In this document: one piece after another, positions 8,854 through 19,074 of the stretch
Layout: every line of letters starts with the position of its first letter
Position numbering within the stretch: the stretch's first letter is position 1
Source: an uncultured Candidatus Saccharibacteria bacterium
GTDB lineage: Bacteria; Patescibacteriota; Minisyncoccia; Phycocordibacterales; UBA9973
Direction of reading: 5' to 3'
Length of the DNA: 64,000 nucleotides
Assembly: GCA_964527185.1 (NCBI GenBank)
Contig: CAZGOI010000002.1
Coordinates: 133,532-197,531, forward strand
The notes under the pieces: generated by a model
Told to the model about the DNA's origin: nothing
The model's database searches: none
The model's input: the letters and a program-made list of their open reading frames with translations, nothing else
Program-made: the position numbers and the translations under genes

Positions 8854-10565
8854 TGACAGGAGATTTATTTAAACCGCGACTAAAAATTTTATCTATATGT
8901 ATTCTTATTTTTGCTTTGGTGCTCGTGGCAAAGCTTTTTTTGGTGCAGATTGTTCACAGAAATCTTTATGCCGAACGAGCCGACAAGCAATACGCAACGC
9001 CAGCTGGCGATATTTTTGATCGTGGTTCTATATTTTTTTCTAAAAAAGATGGCACTCTGGTTGCGGCCGCGACCATCTCGTCTGGTTTTAAACTAGCCCT
9101 CAACACAAAAGAGATTGCCGACCCTGAAGCGATGTATAACTCGCTGAAAAATTATATATCGATGGATCACGACACTTTCATGTCTCACGCCACAAAAAAA
9201 GATGACCCATACGAAGAAATTGCGACGCATCTAACCAAAGAACAAGCCGATACTATCGACGGGCTACACCTGAAGGGACTCTCCATCTACAAAGACAATT
9301 GGCGATTCTATCCCGGCAACGACCTAGCTTCACAAACGCTAGGGTTCCTAGCGTTCAAAGACAATGACAAGGTCGGTCAGTACGGCCTCGAACGCTCTTA
9401 TGATAGGGTTTTATCGAAACCAAAAGACCAAGCATATGTAAATTTCTTTGCTGAAGTTTTTTCTAATCTAAAAAATTCAGTCGGAGACGGCGATGACGTT
9501 CAAGGCGACATCATCACCACTCTTGAACCATCGACAGAGCATACTTTGGAATCTGAATTAAAAAATGCGCTAGATACTTGGCACGCCGACCAAGCTGGTG
9601 GGATCATCATCAACCCACAAAACGGCGAGATATATGCCATGGCTGGTTTTCCAGATTTTGACCCAAATAATTTTGGCAGTGTCACAAATATCGATGCCTA
9701 TCGCAACCCAGATATAGAAAATGTCTATGAATTCGGCTCGGTCATCAAGCCGCTTGTCATGGCGGCGGCGCTTGACCAAGGAGTTTTAACTCCAGATACG
9801 ACATATACTGACTATGGCAAGGTTACTGTCAATAAAAAAGATATCTATAACTTCGACAAAAAAGCTCGCGGCCTCTCGACTATGCAGACAGTCCTCGACC
9901 AATCTCTAAACACCGGCATGGTCTTTGTCTCGCAAAAGCTTGGCCACGAAAACATGCGCACATACATGAAGGCCTATGGCCTCGGTGAAAAAACCGGCAT
10001 TGATTTGCCAGATGAAGTTTCTGGGCTCGTCAAGAACCTCGAGAGTCCGCGCGATATCGAATACGCCAACGCATCTTTCGGCCAAGGTATTGCCATGAGC
10101 CCAGTTGAGGTAGTCAGGGCATTTTCTTCAATCATAAATGGCGGTAACCTCATAACACCGCATATCGTAAAACAGATCAGGTCTAACGACGGCCTGTCAA
10201 AAACTATTGACTACCCGATAACCAGAAAGGGTATAATTAAAGAGGAGACTTCAAATACGATAAATAAAATGCTCGTCCATGTATTTGAAGCCTATGACAA
10301 TGGCACCCACAAGTTCGAGCACTATAGCGTCGGGGCAAAGACTGGTACCGCCCAGATTGCGATGGAAAACGGCCGGGGTTACTATACCGATAGGCACATG
10401 CACTCATTCTTTGGTTATTTTCCAGCCTATGACCCGAAATTTTTAGTTTTTTTATTTTTGGAAAATCCAAAACAAGTTAAATATGCTGCCCAGACTTTGA
10501 TACCACCATTTGTAAACATTACCCAGTTCCTGATGAATTATTACGATGTTCCACCCGACCGATAA
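8853..10565 (+). CDS. ftsI: Cell division penicillin-binding protein (PBP3/FtsI)
   Basis: RGSIF, RFYPG, SVIK, SLN, KTGTAQ motifs; dcw position. Confidence 0.9.
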   Translation: MTGDLFKPRLKILSICILIFALVLVAKLFLVQIVHRNLYAERADKQYATPAGDIFDRGSIFFSKKDGTLVAAATISSGFKLALNTKEIADPEAMYNSLKNYISMDHDTFMSHATKKDDPYEEIATHLTKEQADTIDGLHLKGLSIYKDNWRFYPGNDLASQTLGFLAFKDNDKVGQYGLERSYDRVLSKPKDQAYVNFFAEVFSNLKNSVGDGDDVQGDIITTLEPSTEHTLESELKNALDTWHADQAGGIIINPQNGEIYAMAGFPDFDPNNFGSVTNIDAYRNPDIENVYEFGSVIKPLVMAAALDQGVLTPDTTYTDYGKVTVNKKDIYNFDKKARGLSTMQTVLDQSLNTGMVFVSQKLGHENMRTYMKAYGLGEKTGIDLPDEVSGLVKNLESPRDIEYANASFGQGIAMSPVEVVRAFSSIINGGNLITPHIVKQIRSNDGLSKTIDYPITRKGIIKEETSNTINKMLVHVFEAYDNGTHKFEHYSVGAKTGTAQIAMENGRGYYTDRHMHSFFGYFPAYDPKFLVFLFLENPKQVKYAAQTLIPPFVNITQFLMNYYDVPPDR

Positions 10566-10567
10566 TC

Positions 10568-11860
10568 ATGCAAAATTTTTTAAAAAAAATTGTTATAACA
10601 ATTCTAACTTGGCAAGCCCGAGTTGTAATTTTGCACTACAAGCCAAAGGTTATCGCTGTCACCGGTTCGGTCGGCAAAACTTCGACCAAAGACGCCATCT
10701 TCACCGCGCTGTCTCGTTTTAAAAAAGTTCGTAAGAGCGAGAAGAGCTACAACAGCGAGATCGGCATACCGCTGACTATCTTAGGTCTTGAAAATGGATG
10801 GAACAACCCATTGATTTGGCTGAAAAATATTATCAAAGGGTTCGGCAGGATGTGCTATGTCAAGACATACCCCGAGTGGCTCGTGCTTGAAGTCGGCGCC
10901 GGCAAACCAAAAGATATTACCAGTGTGACGGCCTGGCTTTCGCCAGATGTCGCTGTCATCACTCATTTTCCAGATCGACCGGTGCATATAGAATTCTTTG
11001 GCAATGTCGAAAAAATAATCGAAGAAAAAAGCGCACTGGCCTTCGCGCTTAAAAAAAATGGCACCCTCATTTTAAACCACGACGATGCCAAGGTCTACGC
11101 GTTGCACGAGAAAGTCGACCGCAAATCTGTCTCTTATGGCAAGAGCGAAAATTCTACATACAAGGCTACATACCCGTCGTACATTTATTCAAATGGCTCA
11201 AAAATTCCTTCTGGTATTAATTTCAAGCTAGTCTATGACGGCAATACGTTCCCGGTGACACTTCACAATATCATTGGCTTTCATTATATCGATTCGGCTC
11301 TGGCGGCGCTCGCTGTTTCAAACGAGATAGGTTGCGACCTGCTTGGGTCTATAGAGACTCTGGCCGCATATACTGCGCCTCCAGGCCGACTATCTTTGAT
11401 CGCTGGTATAAATGGCTCGACTATTATCGACGACTCGTACAATTCCTCGCCGCTGGCCACTATTGCTGCGCTCTCGACATTGAAAAATATTGAAGCAAAA
11501 AGAAAAATTGCTGTGCTTGGCGACATGCTCGAGCTTGGTAAAATTACAGAAGAAGCGCATAGAGAAATCGGCAGGGAAGCGAGAGACATTGTCGATATGC
11601 TAGTGACCGTTGGCCCGCGGGCAAAGTTTATCGCAAATGGGGCGCTCGATGCCGGATTTGCAAGCGACAAGATAAAAATTTTCGACAATTCTTTTCAAGC
11701 AGTTGAATTTTTAAAAGAAAATCTCTCTCAATCTGATCTTGTTTTAGTCAAAGGTTCGCAAGGTGTGCGACTTGAAAAAATTGTGGCCGCTATCATAGCC
11801 GAGCCAAATCTCGCGCCCAAACTTCTTGCAAGGCAAGATAAAGAGTGGCAGAATAGGTGA
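10568..11860 (+). CDS. murF: UDP-N-acetylmuramoyl-tripeptide--D-Ala-D-Ala ligase
   Basis: TGSVGKTSTK, NSEIGIPLT, DDSYNSSP, LGDMLELG, VKGSQ. Confidence 0.93.
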   Translation: MQNFLKKIVITILTWQARVVILHYKPKVIAVTGSVGKTSTKDAIFTALSRFKKVRKSEKSYNSEIGIPLTILGLENGWNNPLIWLKNIIKGFGRMCYVKTYPEWLVLEVGAGKPKDITSVTAWLSPDVAVITHFPDRPVHIEFFGNVEKIIEEKSALAFALKKNGTLILNHDDAKVYALHEKVDRKSVSYGKSENSTYKATYPSYIYSNGSKIPSGINFKLVYDGNTFPVTLHNIIGFHYIDSALAALAVSNEIGCDLLGSIETLAAYTAPPGRLSLIAGINGSTIIDDSYNSSPLATIAALSTLKNIEAKRKIAVLGDMLELGKITEEAHREIGREARDIVDMLVTVGPRAKFIANGALDAGFASDKIKIFDNSFQAVEFLKENLSQSDLVLVKGSQGVRLEKIVAAIIAEPNLAPKLLARQDKEWQNR

Positions 11861-11869
11861 GCCAATATC

Positions 11870-11941
11870 GGCCTTATCGTCTAACGGTTAGGACACAAGC
11901 TTCTCAAGCTTGGAATCGGGGTTCGATTCCCCGTAAGGTCA
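11870..11941 (+). tRNA. tRNA-Glu(CTC)
   Basis: Acceptor GGCCTTA/TAAGGTC, anticodon arm CAAGC-TTCTCAA-GCTTG, GTTCGATTC T-loop; no encoded CCA. Confidence 0.95.
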
Positions 11942-12003
11942 CAATCTTAATTTTAACCTTGTCGTATAATGTTGGAATTGTTCCAATCTGATATAATCTT
12001 CCT

Positions 12004-12585
12004 ATGGATATTAAAAGACCAGAATCTAAACAACCCTTACCAAAAAATGCAAAACTTGTTTTTAACGGGATCATGTTTGACACATATCAATGGGAAGTTG
12101 AAGGATATGACGGTAAAAAGAGAGTTTTTGAAAAACTAAAACGTCCCGATACCGCGATGATTATTCCCGTCACGGATGACGGCAAAATTATAGTTGCTTT
12201 ACAAGAACAGCCACACAAACCTCCATTTATAGGAACAGTTGGAGGGAGGGTTGATGAAAGTGAAAATGCATTTGACGCTGCTAAGCGTGAACTTCTAGAA
12301 GAAACAGGTTATGAAGCAAAAGAATGGATTTTATTTGATGCAATACAGCCAGTAAGTAAAATTGAATGGGCAATCTATACTTTCATCGCAAAAGGTTGCA
12401 AAAAAGTTGCAGAGCAAAACTTAGATGGTGCAGAAAAAATTGAATTAAAATTCTTGAACTTTGATGAATTTATCAACTTAGCTGTAAATGATGATAAATT
12501 TGGGGATGAATTTAAAATCAAGATACTAGAGGCAAAATTAGATCAGAAAAAGATGACCGATCTGAAAAAAGCCTTATTTGACTGA
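12004..12585 (+). CDS. NUDIX hydrolase (ADP-ribose pyrophosphatase-like)
   Basis: Nudix box GGRVDESENAFDAAKRELLEETGY. Confidence 0.9.
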   Translation: MDIKRPESKQPLPKNAKLVFNGIMFDTYQWEVEGYDGKKRVFEKLKRPDTAMIIPVTDDGKIIVALQEQPHKPPFIGTVGGRVDESENAFDAAKRELLEETGYEAKEWILFDAIQPVSKIEWAIYTFIAKGCKKVAEQNLDGAEKIELKFLNFDEFINLAVNDDKFGDEFKIKILEAKLDQKKMTDLKKALFD

Positions 12586-12678
12586 GTATCAAATCCCAAT
12601 TCGTGATACAATGGGTCACAGAAAACTTAATTTTAAAAACAGGTTCATATTTATTTTATAAATAATCTACTTCAAATT

Positions 12679-12710
12679 AAAAACGACCTGTCTCTAAACA
12701 GACAGGTCGT
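12679..12710. terminator. Intrinsic terminator between convergent genes
   Basis: ACGACCTGTCT-ctaaac-AGACAGGTCGT preceded by an A-tract. Confidence 0.8.
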
Positions 12711-12730
12711 AATCTTTTTGTCAGATTCAG

Positions 12731-13288
12731 TTATCCGGCTGAATCATTTTTTATTTTTTCAGGATAAAGTTCTTTTACGTTATCTTTTCGCCATTCTTTT
12801 GGTGGGGTGATATACCATATACCACTGAGTGGCTTGTCCAACTCGTTTGCTATGACTAAAAGAAGTGTTACTACCAAAGTCCATGATCCAACAACTATCT
12901 GGCCTGTAAATTTAGAATCATAGGACACTAAGCCTAAAATAATTAATATGACTATGGCTAAGCATCCCAAAACGGAGTGGATAAGGGGATTGATATGGAT
13001 GTCTTTCTTCATAATAAATATTTCCCTATCTCTTTCTTGTGCGGATTTGCAGAGTATGCGAATCTCTTCGAAACGATCCCATACAGAACCCATAACCTGA
13101 GCAGCAAATATGCTGTATATAACCCCCAAAAGGCCTGCGCACCCAAACAGTGCAAAATCATCGTTGGCAGAAAAATTTGGCAGGTGTTTATAAAACAGAG
13201 CCCAAATATTACTAACTGCCCAAGCCAGAAAAGTAGGAATTAAGAAAATAAGTAAATATCGAAATCCAACAGCCAATGCCTTTTTCAT
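12731..13288 (-). CDS. Integral membrane hypothetical protein (DUF4239-like)
   Basis: Four TM segments; GVIYSIFAA...VWDRF and ELDKPLSGIWYI resemble DUF4239 ends; own TTGACT/TATAAT promoter. Confidence 0.5.
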   Translation of the reverse strand: MKKALAVGFRYLLIFLIPTFLAWAVSNIWALFYKHLPNFSANDDFALFGCAGLLGVIYSIFAAQVMGSVWDRFEEIRILCKSAQERDREIFIMKKDIHINPLIHSVLGCLAIVILIILGLVSYDSKFTGQIVVGSWTLVVTLLLVIANELDKPLSGIWYITPPKEWRKDNVKELYPEKIKNDSAG

Positions 13289-13421
13289 AATTTTTGTATT
13301 TAGGTTTTAAAATATCGAAGTACTAACCACTATTATATAATATTTCCTTAAAAAGTCAATGTATTAAAATACTCCCAAAATTATGATAAAATTAGGTCAT
13401 TAAAATTATTCCCAACAAATT

Positions 13422-13775
13422 ATGACGACACTTCATGTTATCGGGCGGGTTGTTTTTGGCCTCTACTTCCTTTACTCGGGTTATGTGCATTTTAAAAATC
13501 AAAATGGATACACTAGCTATGCCAAGAGCAAGGGTGTGCCTTCGCCAAAACTTGCGGTGCTGATCTCGGGCGCGATGCTCATCGTCGGTGGGCTCGGCTT
13601 GGTGTTTGATATGCACTTGCGGTCTTCAGCGCTACTCCTAATACTATTTCTCGTGCCGACGACTTTCATGATGCACGATTTCTGGCGCTCGAAAGACCCA
13701 ATGCACAAAGCCAGCGAAAAAGTCAGCTTCACTAAAAATGTCGCCCTCATCGCTGCGCTCTTAATGTTCTTCTAA
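13422..13775 (+). CDS. DoxX family membrane protein
   Basis: IGRVVFG...SGYVHF, MHDFW, FTKNVAL. Confidence 0.85.
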   Translation: MTTLHVIGRVVFGLYFLYSGYVHFKNQNGYTSYAKSKGVPSPKLAVLISGAMLIVGGLGLVFDMHLRSSALLLILFLVPTTFMMHDFWRSKDPMHKASEKVSFTKNVALIAALLMFF

Positions 13776-14464
13776 TGTCTAAGTACGGCAGTCTATATAT
13801 CATCGCCACACCTATCGGCAACCTCGAAGATATCACTCTTCGGGCCATTCGCGTTCTCAATGATGTCGATTGCATTTTATGCGAAGACACTCGGGTGACA
13901 AGAAAATTGTTAGACAAATACAATATCAAAACAAAAACAATAAGCTACCACGCGCATAGCTCGAATAAAAAAGAGTCGGGTATCATTGATATGCTTGAGA
14001 GTGGTAAAAATCTTGCCCTAGTCTCTGACGCTGGCACCCCGACGATATCAGACCCTGGGGTGATGCTCATCGGCCATGTTATAGAAGCCCTCGGTAGCGA
14101 TATTCGCATAATACCTGTTCCAGGGCCAAGTGCGCTCGTCTCTGCACTCTCGGCTTCGGGTTTATCTTCGGCTACTTTTACATTCTATGGTTTTCTACCG
14201 CATAAAAAGGGAAGGGAAACGCTATTTAAAGAAATAGCCGCAAGCAAACGTATGTCGGTATTTTATGAATCAAGCCATCGAATTTCAAAAACACTAGAAT
14301 CACTCGAAAAATATATTCCAGATCGTGGTGTTGTCATCGCCCGTGAAATGACAAAAGTCTTCGAAGAATTTCTAAGAGGCAAGCCGAAAGAATTAATCAA
14401 ATTATTAAGAAGTGACAAGAACAAAGAAAAAGGCGAGTTTGTCGTTATTGTCGCGCCTAAATAA
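13775..14464 (+). CDS. rsmI: 16S rRNA Cm1402 2'-O-methyltransferase RsmI
   Basis: ATPIGNLEDITLRA, EDTR, SDAGTPTISDPG, AREMTK. Confidence 0.96.
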   Translation: MSKYGSLYIIATPIGNLEDITLRAIRVLNDVDCILCEDTRVTRKLLDKYNIKTKTISYHAHSSNKKESGIIDMLESGKNLALVSDAGTPTISDPGVMLIGHVIEALGSDIRIIPVPGPSALVSALSASGLSSATFTFYGFLPHKKGRETLFKEIAASKRMSVFYESSHRISKTLESLEKYIPDRGVVIAREMTKVFEEFLRGKPKELIKLLRSDKNKEKGEFVVIVAPK

Positions 14465-14483
14465 GTAGGGTATAATAATTGCC

Positions 14484-14699
14484 ATGAGAAAAGCGCGCAC
14501 ACTACTAATACTCGGGGTTCTCGTCATGATTATGCCATTCTCCGGCTTTCCAGCAGCCTGGAGGACATTTTTCTTCTTCTTGATCGGCCTCGCTATGATC
14601 TACCTCTCATATATAATCTACAGCCAAGTTAAAAAAAATATGCCCAAAGAAGAAAACAGGAATAAAGCGTTTGTTGACAACATAGGCAGCGGAGAGTAG
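14484..14699 (+). CDS. Small two-TM membrane protein
   Basis: Hydrophobic hairpin with PFSGFP; TATAAT 7 nt before ATG. Confidence 0.6.
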   Translation: MRKARTLLILGVLVMIMPFSGFPAAWRTFFFFLIGLAMIYLSYIIYSQVKKNMPKEENRNKAFVDNIGSGE

Positions 14700-14703
14700 A
14701 AAA

Positions 14704-15936
14704 ATGAAATCACGAAAGAATAGAAATAGATTAATAATTTTTACCCTCACAGCCATAATTTGTGGGGTTGTTTATTTTGCAAAGACTATATTCTTTAGCA
14801 CTTTTTCATATTCGCATGAGGTGGCTCAAGATATCGCCCTAAAAGACGCTCCCCAAAGCACGAAACCAGCTGACGTCACCACAGTAACCGATAGCGCTAT
14901 TCTGCCAGCCTCTAGTAATCTAGTCCCCGTAACCCATATACCGACTCCAGACCACGTCAAAGCGGCCTATATATCAAGCTGGGTGGCCGGCTATTCAAAA
15001 TATCGCGACCCAATCATCAAACTCATAGACAATACCGAACTAAATACGATCGTCATCGATGTCAAAGATTCTACTGGTCGTATCGGTTTTCAAGTCGCCG
15101 ACCCAGAGCTAGCCAAAATGGGTTCGGTTGAGACTCGCATAAAAGATATCCGAGCGCTAACGAACATGCTCCACCAAAAAAATATTTATATCATCGGTCG
15201 AGTAGCTGTTTTCCAAGACCCATACATGACTGCCAAAAAACCCGAATGGTCCATCACCCGTAAAAGTGACGGCGCAGTTTGGAAAGACAACAAGGGGCTG
15301 TCGTTCCTTGACCCAGCCAATCAAAATGTCTGGAAGTACACAGTTGCGATTGCTCGCGATGCTTACAACGAAGGTTTCGATGAAATCAATTTCGATTACG
15401 TGCGCTATCCATCAGACGGTGATATCAAAAATATAAATTATCACATCGCAAAAGGCGTAACCCGGGCTGACAATATCGAAAGTTTCTTTAAATATTTATC
15501 AACCGAAGTTAAAAAAGATACAAGCGTTAAAATCTCGGCCGATTTGTTTGGTCTAACGACCGAGGCAACCGATGATATGGGCATCGGTCAAGTCTGGGAA
15601 AAAGCAATGCCATATTTTGATTTTATTGCGCCGATGGTCTACCCATCGCACTATCCACCAGGCCAAGATGGTTTCAAAAATCCCGCCAGCCACCCGTATG
15701 ACATCATCCACAAGGCTCTGCTCGGCGCTGTCGCAAAGACCAACGCTATGACAGGCCAAGATATAAAAAAGATTCGCCCATGGCTGCAAGATTTCAACTT
15801 GGGTGCTGTCTATACGGCCGACATGGTCAAAGCCGAGATGAAAGCAGTCTATGACAATAACCTCAATTCTTGGATGCTCTGGGACCCAAACAACAGATAT
15901 ACTCCGGGGGCGCTCGCACTTGAATCATCTCAATAA
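14704..15936 (+). CDS. Putative glycoside hydrolase (DUF4015-like TIM barrel), membrane anchored
   Basis: NTIVIDVKD, FDEINFDYVRYP, PMVYPSHY, RPWLQDF, WMLWD motifs. Confidence 0.8.
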   Translation: MKSRKNRNRLIIFTLTAIICGVVYFAKTIFFSTFSYSHEVAQDIALKDAPQSTKPADVTTVTDSAILPASSNLVPVTHIPTPDHVKAAYISSWVAGYSKYRDPIIKLIDNTELNTIVIDVKDSTGRIGFQVADPELAKMGSVETRIKDIRALTNMLHQKNIYIIGRVAVFQDPYMTAKKPEWSITRKSDGAVWKDNKGLSFLDPANQNVWKYTVAIARDAYNEGFDEINFDYVRYPSDGDIKNINYHIAKGVTRADNIESFFKYLSTEVKKDTSVKISADLFGLTTEATDDMGIGQVWEKAMPYFDFIAPMVYPSHYPPGQDGFKNPASHPYDIIHKALLGAVAKTNAMTGQDIKKIRPWLQDFNLGAVYTADMVKAEMKAVYDNNLNSWMLWDPNNRYTPGALALESSQ

Positions 15937-15956
15937 TTTTGCGATAATTAGCTCTG

Positions 15957-17177
15957 ATGAAACAATACCGATTAAGAATAATCTACGCCTTCTCTGCGCT
16001 AGTTGTCCTAGCCGGGGTTTTTAGTTTAGGGGCATATGTGGGTTATGCCCACAGGCCGGCCATAGACAAAGTCCTATCTATTTCGCATAAAGATACGCCA
16101 TTTCAAACTAGCGCTGATTTTGATTCATTTTGGAAAGTCTGGAATCTGCTAAATGAAAAATCAATCTACGCTAGTAAAACTTCTGACCAAGATAAAGTCT
16201 GGGGTGCGGTCAAAGGCTTGGCCGCTTCGCTCGGCGACCCATATACTGTCTTTTTCTCACCAGAAGAAAATAAATTGTTCAACGACGAGATCCACGGTTC
16301 ATTTAGTGGCATCGGGGCAGAGATCGGTGTTAAAGATAAAATACTTACAGTGGTGGCGCCGCTAAAAGGTAGCCCAGCCGCTCTCGCCGGTGTGAAATCA
16401 GGCGATATGATACTGAAGATCGACAAAACCGATACGCAAAATATGACCGTCGACCACGCTATCAACCTTATTCGTGGAGAAAAGGGGACAACTGTCGTTT
16501 TAACTATTCTTCGCCCGGGCGAGCGAACAACCAGAGATTTTACAATAACAAGAGACGATATCGAAATCCCGACTATCGACACCGAATTAAGACCCGACAA
16601 TATCTTTGTAATCAGGTTCTATAGTTTTTCTGAAAATTCCGATCAACTTTTCTCTGGTGCAATAAATAAATTTATACAATCTGGTTCTCATAAACTTGTA
16701 TTAGACCTGCGTGGCAACCCGGGTGGCTATCTAGACGCAGCCGTCAATATTGGCAGTCTGTTTGTGAATGAAGGTGACACAATTGTCAGTGAAGATTTTG
16801 GGCCAAATAAAAAACCAGAAATTTATCGCAGTCATGGGCCAAAATTGTTTAATAATAAATTAGGTTTTGTAGTTTTAGTAGACGGTGGTTCGGCATCAGC
16901 CTCGGAAATCCTCTCTGGTGCATTGCAAGAGCACCATATTGCAACGCTTGTAGGCGAGAAGACTTTTGGTAAAGGTTCTGTTCAAGAGCTCGTGCCGGTG
17001 ACCGACGATACATCGCTAAAAGTAACAATCGCTAGATGGCTGACCCCAAACGGCATATCGATCTCTGAACACGGTCTTGACCCAGATATCGTGGTTCCGA
17101 TAACGCAGCAAGACATCGACGCCAAGCACGACCCACAGATGGACAAAGCTGTTTCGATATTAGAAGCTAAACCATAA
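15957..17177 (+). CDS. ctpA: S41 carboxyl-terminal processing protease with PDZ domain
   Basis: LGDPYT, GIGAEI, DLRGNPGG, SASASEI, TFGKGSVQ. Confidence 0.93.
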   Translation: MKQYRLRIIYAFSALVVLAGVFSLGAYVGYAHRPAIDKVLSISHKDTPFQTSADFDSFWKVWNLLNEKSIYASKTSDQDKVWGAVKGLAASLGDPYTVFFSPEENKLFNDEIHGSFSGIGAEIGVKDKILTVVAPLKGSPAALAGVKSGDMILKIDKTDTQNMTVDHAINLIRGEKGTTVVLTILRPGERTTRDFTITRDDIEIPTIDTELRPDNIFVIRFYSFSENSDQLFSGAINKFIQSGSHKLVLDLRGNPGGYLDAAVNIGSLFVNEGDTIVSEDFGPNKKPEIYRSHGPKLFNNKLGFVVLVDGGSASASEILSGALQEHHIATLVGEKTFGKGSVQELVPVTDDTSLKVTIARWLTPNGISISEHGLDPDIVVPITQQDIDAKHDPQMDKAVSILEAKP

Positions 17178-17181
17178 TAAA

Positions 17182-17625
17182 ATGAAAGTAATATTGCTCA
17201 CCGATATCCCAAGAGTTGGCAACAGGTATGACGTCAAAGATTTTAAAGAAGGGTATGCCCAAAATGTTCTGATCTCTCGGGGTCTTGCCATCCTGGCGAC
17301 ACCGACCGAACTTGCTAAACTGGCCGAGAAAAAATCTAAACTCGAAAAAATTAAAAATGAGGAAGAGGAAACATTTGCTTTGCTCATCTCTGGTATTTCT
17401 GGCGCCTCGATAAAAATTTTCGCTAAAGCAAATGAAAAAGGACATCTATTCAAAGCCATCAGCCCCGCCGATGTTAGAGAAGCGCTAAGAGACGGATTAA
17501 AAATTGAAATAGATGAGGGTTCGATCATCGTGCCACACATCAAAGAACTCGGTACCCACAAAGTTACAATAAAAAAAGGTTCCCAAATGGGTGAGTGCCA
17601 GATAGTAGTTGAAGCTCTAAAATAA
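17182..17625 (+). CDS. rplI: 50S ribosomal protein L9
   Basis: MKVILL...GYAQNVLI...GLA N-terminus; GHLF, IKELG. Confidence 0.93.
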   Translation: MKVILLTDIPRVGNRYDVKDFKEGYAQNVLISRGLAILATPTELAKLAEKKSKLEKIKNEEEETFALLISGISGASIKIFAKANEKGHLFKAISPADVREALRDGLKIEIDEGSIIVPHIKELGTHKVTIKKGSQMGECQIVVEALK

Positions 17626-17654
17626 AAAACCTCGAGCAGTTTGGAGATTTTTTA

Positions 17655-17927
17655 TTAAATAATATTTACAATTCTTTTTGTCGAAGTAGTATTATTGAAA
17701 TTTGTTTTTCTTTTTGTACTGAATTTAACAGTGCCAGATTTGAGTGCAAATAGGGTATGGTCTTTGCCGATGCCAACGTTTGACCCCGGCAATATCTTTG
17801 TTCCACGCTGTCGCACGATGATCGAGCCGGCTTTTGCCATCTCGCCACCATAGAGCTTTGTACCTAGGTACTTTGGTTTTGAATCTGTTAAGTTTTTGGC
17901 CGACCCACCGGCCTTTCTATGTGCCAT
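17655..17927 (-). CDS. rpmA: 50S ribosomal protein L27
   Basis: [28 protein letters not shown]. Confidence 0.97.
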   Translation of the reverse strand: MAHRKAGGSAKNLTDSKPKYLGTKLYGGEMAKAGSIIVRQRGTKILPGSNVGIGKDHTLFALKSGTVKFSTKRKTNFNNTTSTKRIVNII

Positions 17928-18014
17928 ATAATGCTAGTCTAAAACCTTTTTATTATTTATAATAAGTCTTGTGAGTATAGCTTATTTATTATTTAAAATC
18001 AAGCCAGAGTCCAT

Positions 18015-18941
18015 ATGAAGCTAAGGTACCAAATATTGATACTTCTATTTGTTGCACTTGTCCTTTTTGTGGCCAGGGATGACGTTTTGAGTGTTTATAA
18101 AAAGGTGCTTTCTTATATATCTTCGCCATCCGGGATTCAAAAAATTGAAAACACAATAGTTTTAAATTCGCAAAAAATTCTAACACCTGCAAAATCTGTA
18201 AATACCCCGGGCGCCCTCGAAGTCAAAACTGGCTTGGCCGACAACGCGAGCGAAGTCAATCTTTCAAATAAAGCGGTAATCGATATGACAAATAAAAATA
18301 GGAAAGACAATGGCAACCTGGCTCCGCTAGCCGAGAATTCACAACTCGATTTCTCTGCTGAATTAAAACTCAAAGACATGTTCAAAAACCAATACTTTGC
18401 CCACGTCTCGCCAAGCGGGGTTGGCGTTACAGATCTGGCTCAAAAAGTTTCTTACAAATACATCATTATCGGTGAAAATCTGGCACTCGGTAATTTCAAA
18501 GATGCAAAAGCCTTGCTCGATGCATGGATGGCGAGCCCTGGGCACCGTGCAAACATTTTAAATCAAAAATATACGGAAATAGGCGTTGCTGTCGGTCACG
18601 GCATGTACCAAGGCCAAGATATATGGATGGCTGTCCAGCATTTTGGGTTACCTCGCAGTTCTTGTCCTGGTATTGACGAGAGTTTACAAAGCCAAATAAC
18701 TTTGGAAGAAAATAATGCAAAAAATATGGAAGCCGATTTAAATACCAGAAAACAGAGGATCGACAGTGGGGGAGTATATGACGGTAAGACTACCAATGAA
18801 CAAATCAACGAGTACAATGCTCTAGTTGCCACCTATAACAATCTGCTCCTAGATATAAAAAATAAAATAAGTGATTACAACTTGGAAGTCAACACTTTCA
18901 ATCAATGTCTTTCAAATAGCACCTCTGGCCAAACCACCTAA
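18015..18941 (+). CDS. CAP/SCP domain secreted protein with C-terminal coiled coil
   Basis: YFAHVSP, GENLA, WMASPGHRANIL, EIGVAV. Confidence 0.9.
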   Translation: MKLRYQILILLFVALVLFVARDDVLSVYKKVLSYISSPSGIQKIENTIVLNSQKILTPAKSVNTPGALEVKTGLADNASEVNLSNKAVIDMTNKNRKDNGNLAPLAENSQLDFSAELKLKDMFKNQYFAHVSPSGVGVTDLAQKVSYKYIIIGENLALGNFKDAKALLDAWMASPGHRANILNQKYTEIGVAVGHGMYQGQDIWMAVQHFGLPRSSCPGIDESLQSQITLEENNAKNMEADLNTRKQRIDSGGVYDGKTTNEQINEYNALVATYNNLLLDIKNKISDYNLEVNTFNQCLSNSTSGQTT

Positions 18942-19032
18942 CATAGGGGACCCCGTCAAGCCCACAAATATCCAATGTCGCCATAGTATATGAATGTCGT
19001 ACAATATATCTTTTACGACACTGAGTATAACT

Positions 19033-19068
19033 AAAAACCGGGTGTCTCTTTTGACTCCCGGCTTCTTT
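19033..19068. terminator. Bidirectional terminator-like hairpin
   Basis: AAAAA-CCGGG.GTC...GAC.CCCGG-CTTCTTT between convergent genes. Confidence 0.65.
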
Positions 19069-19074
19069 AATTCT

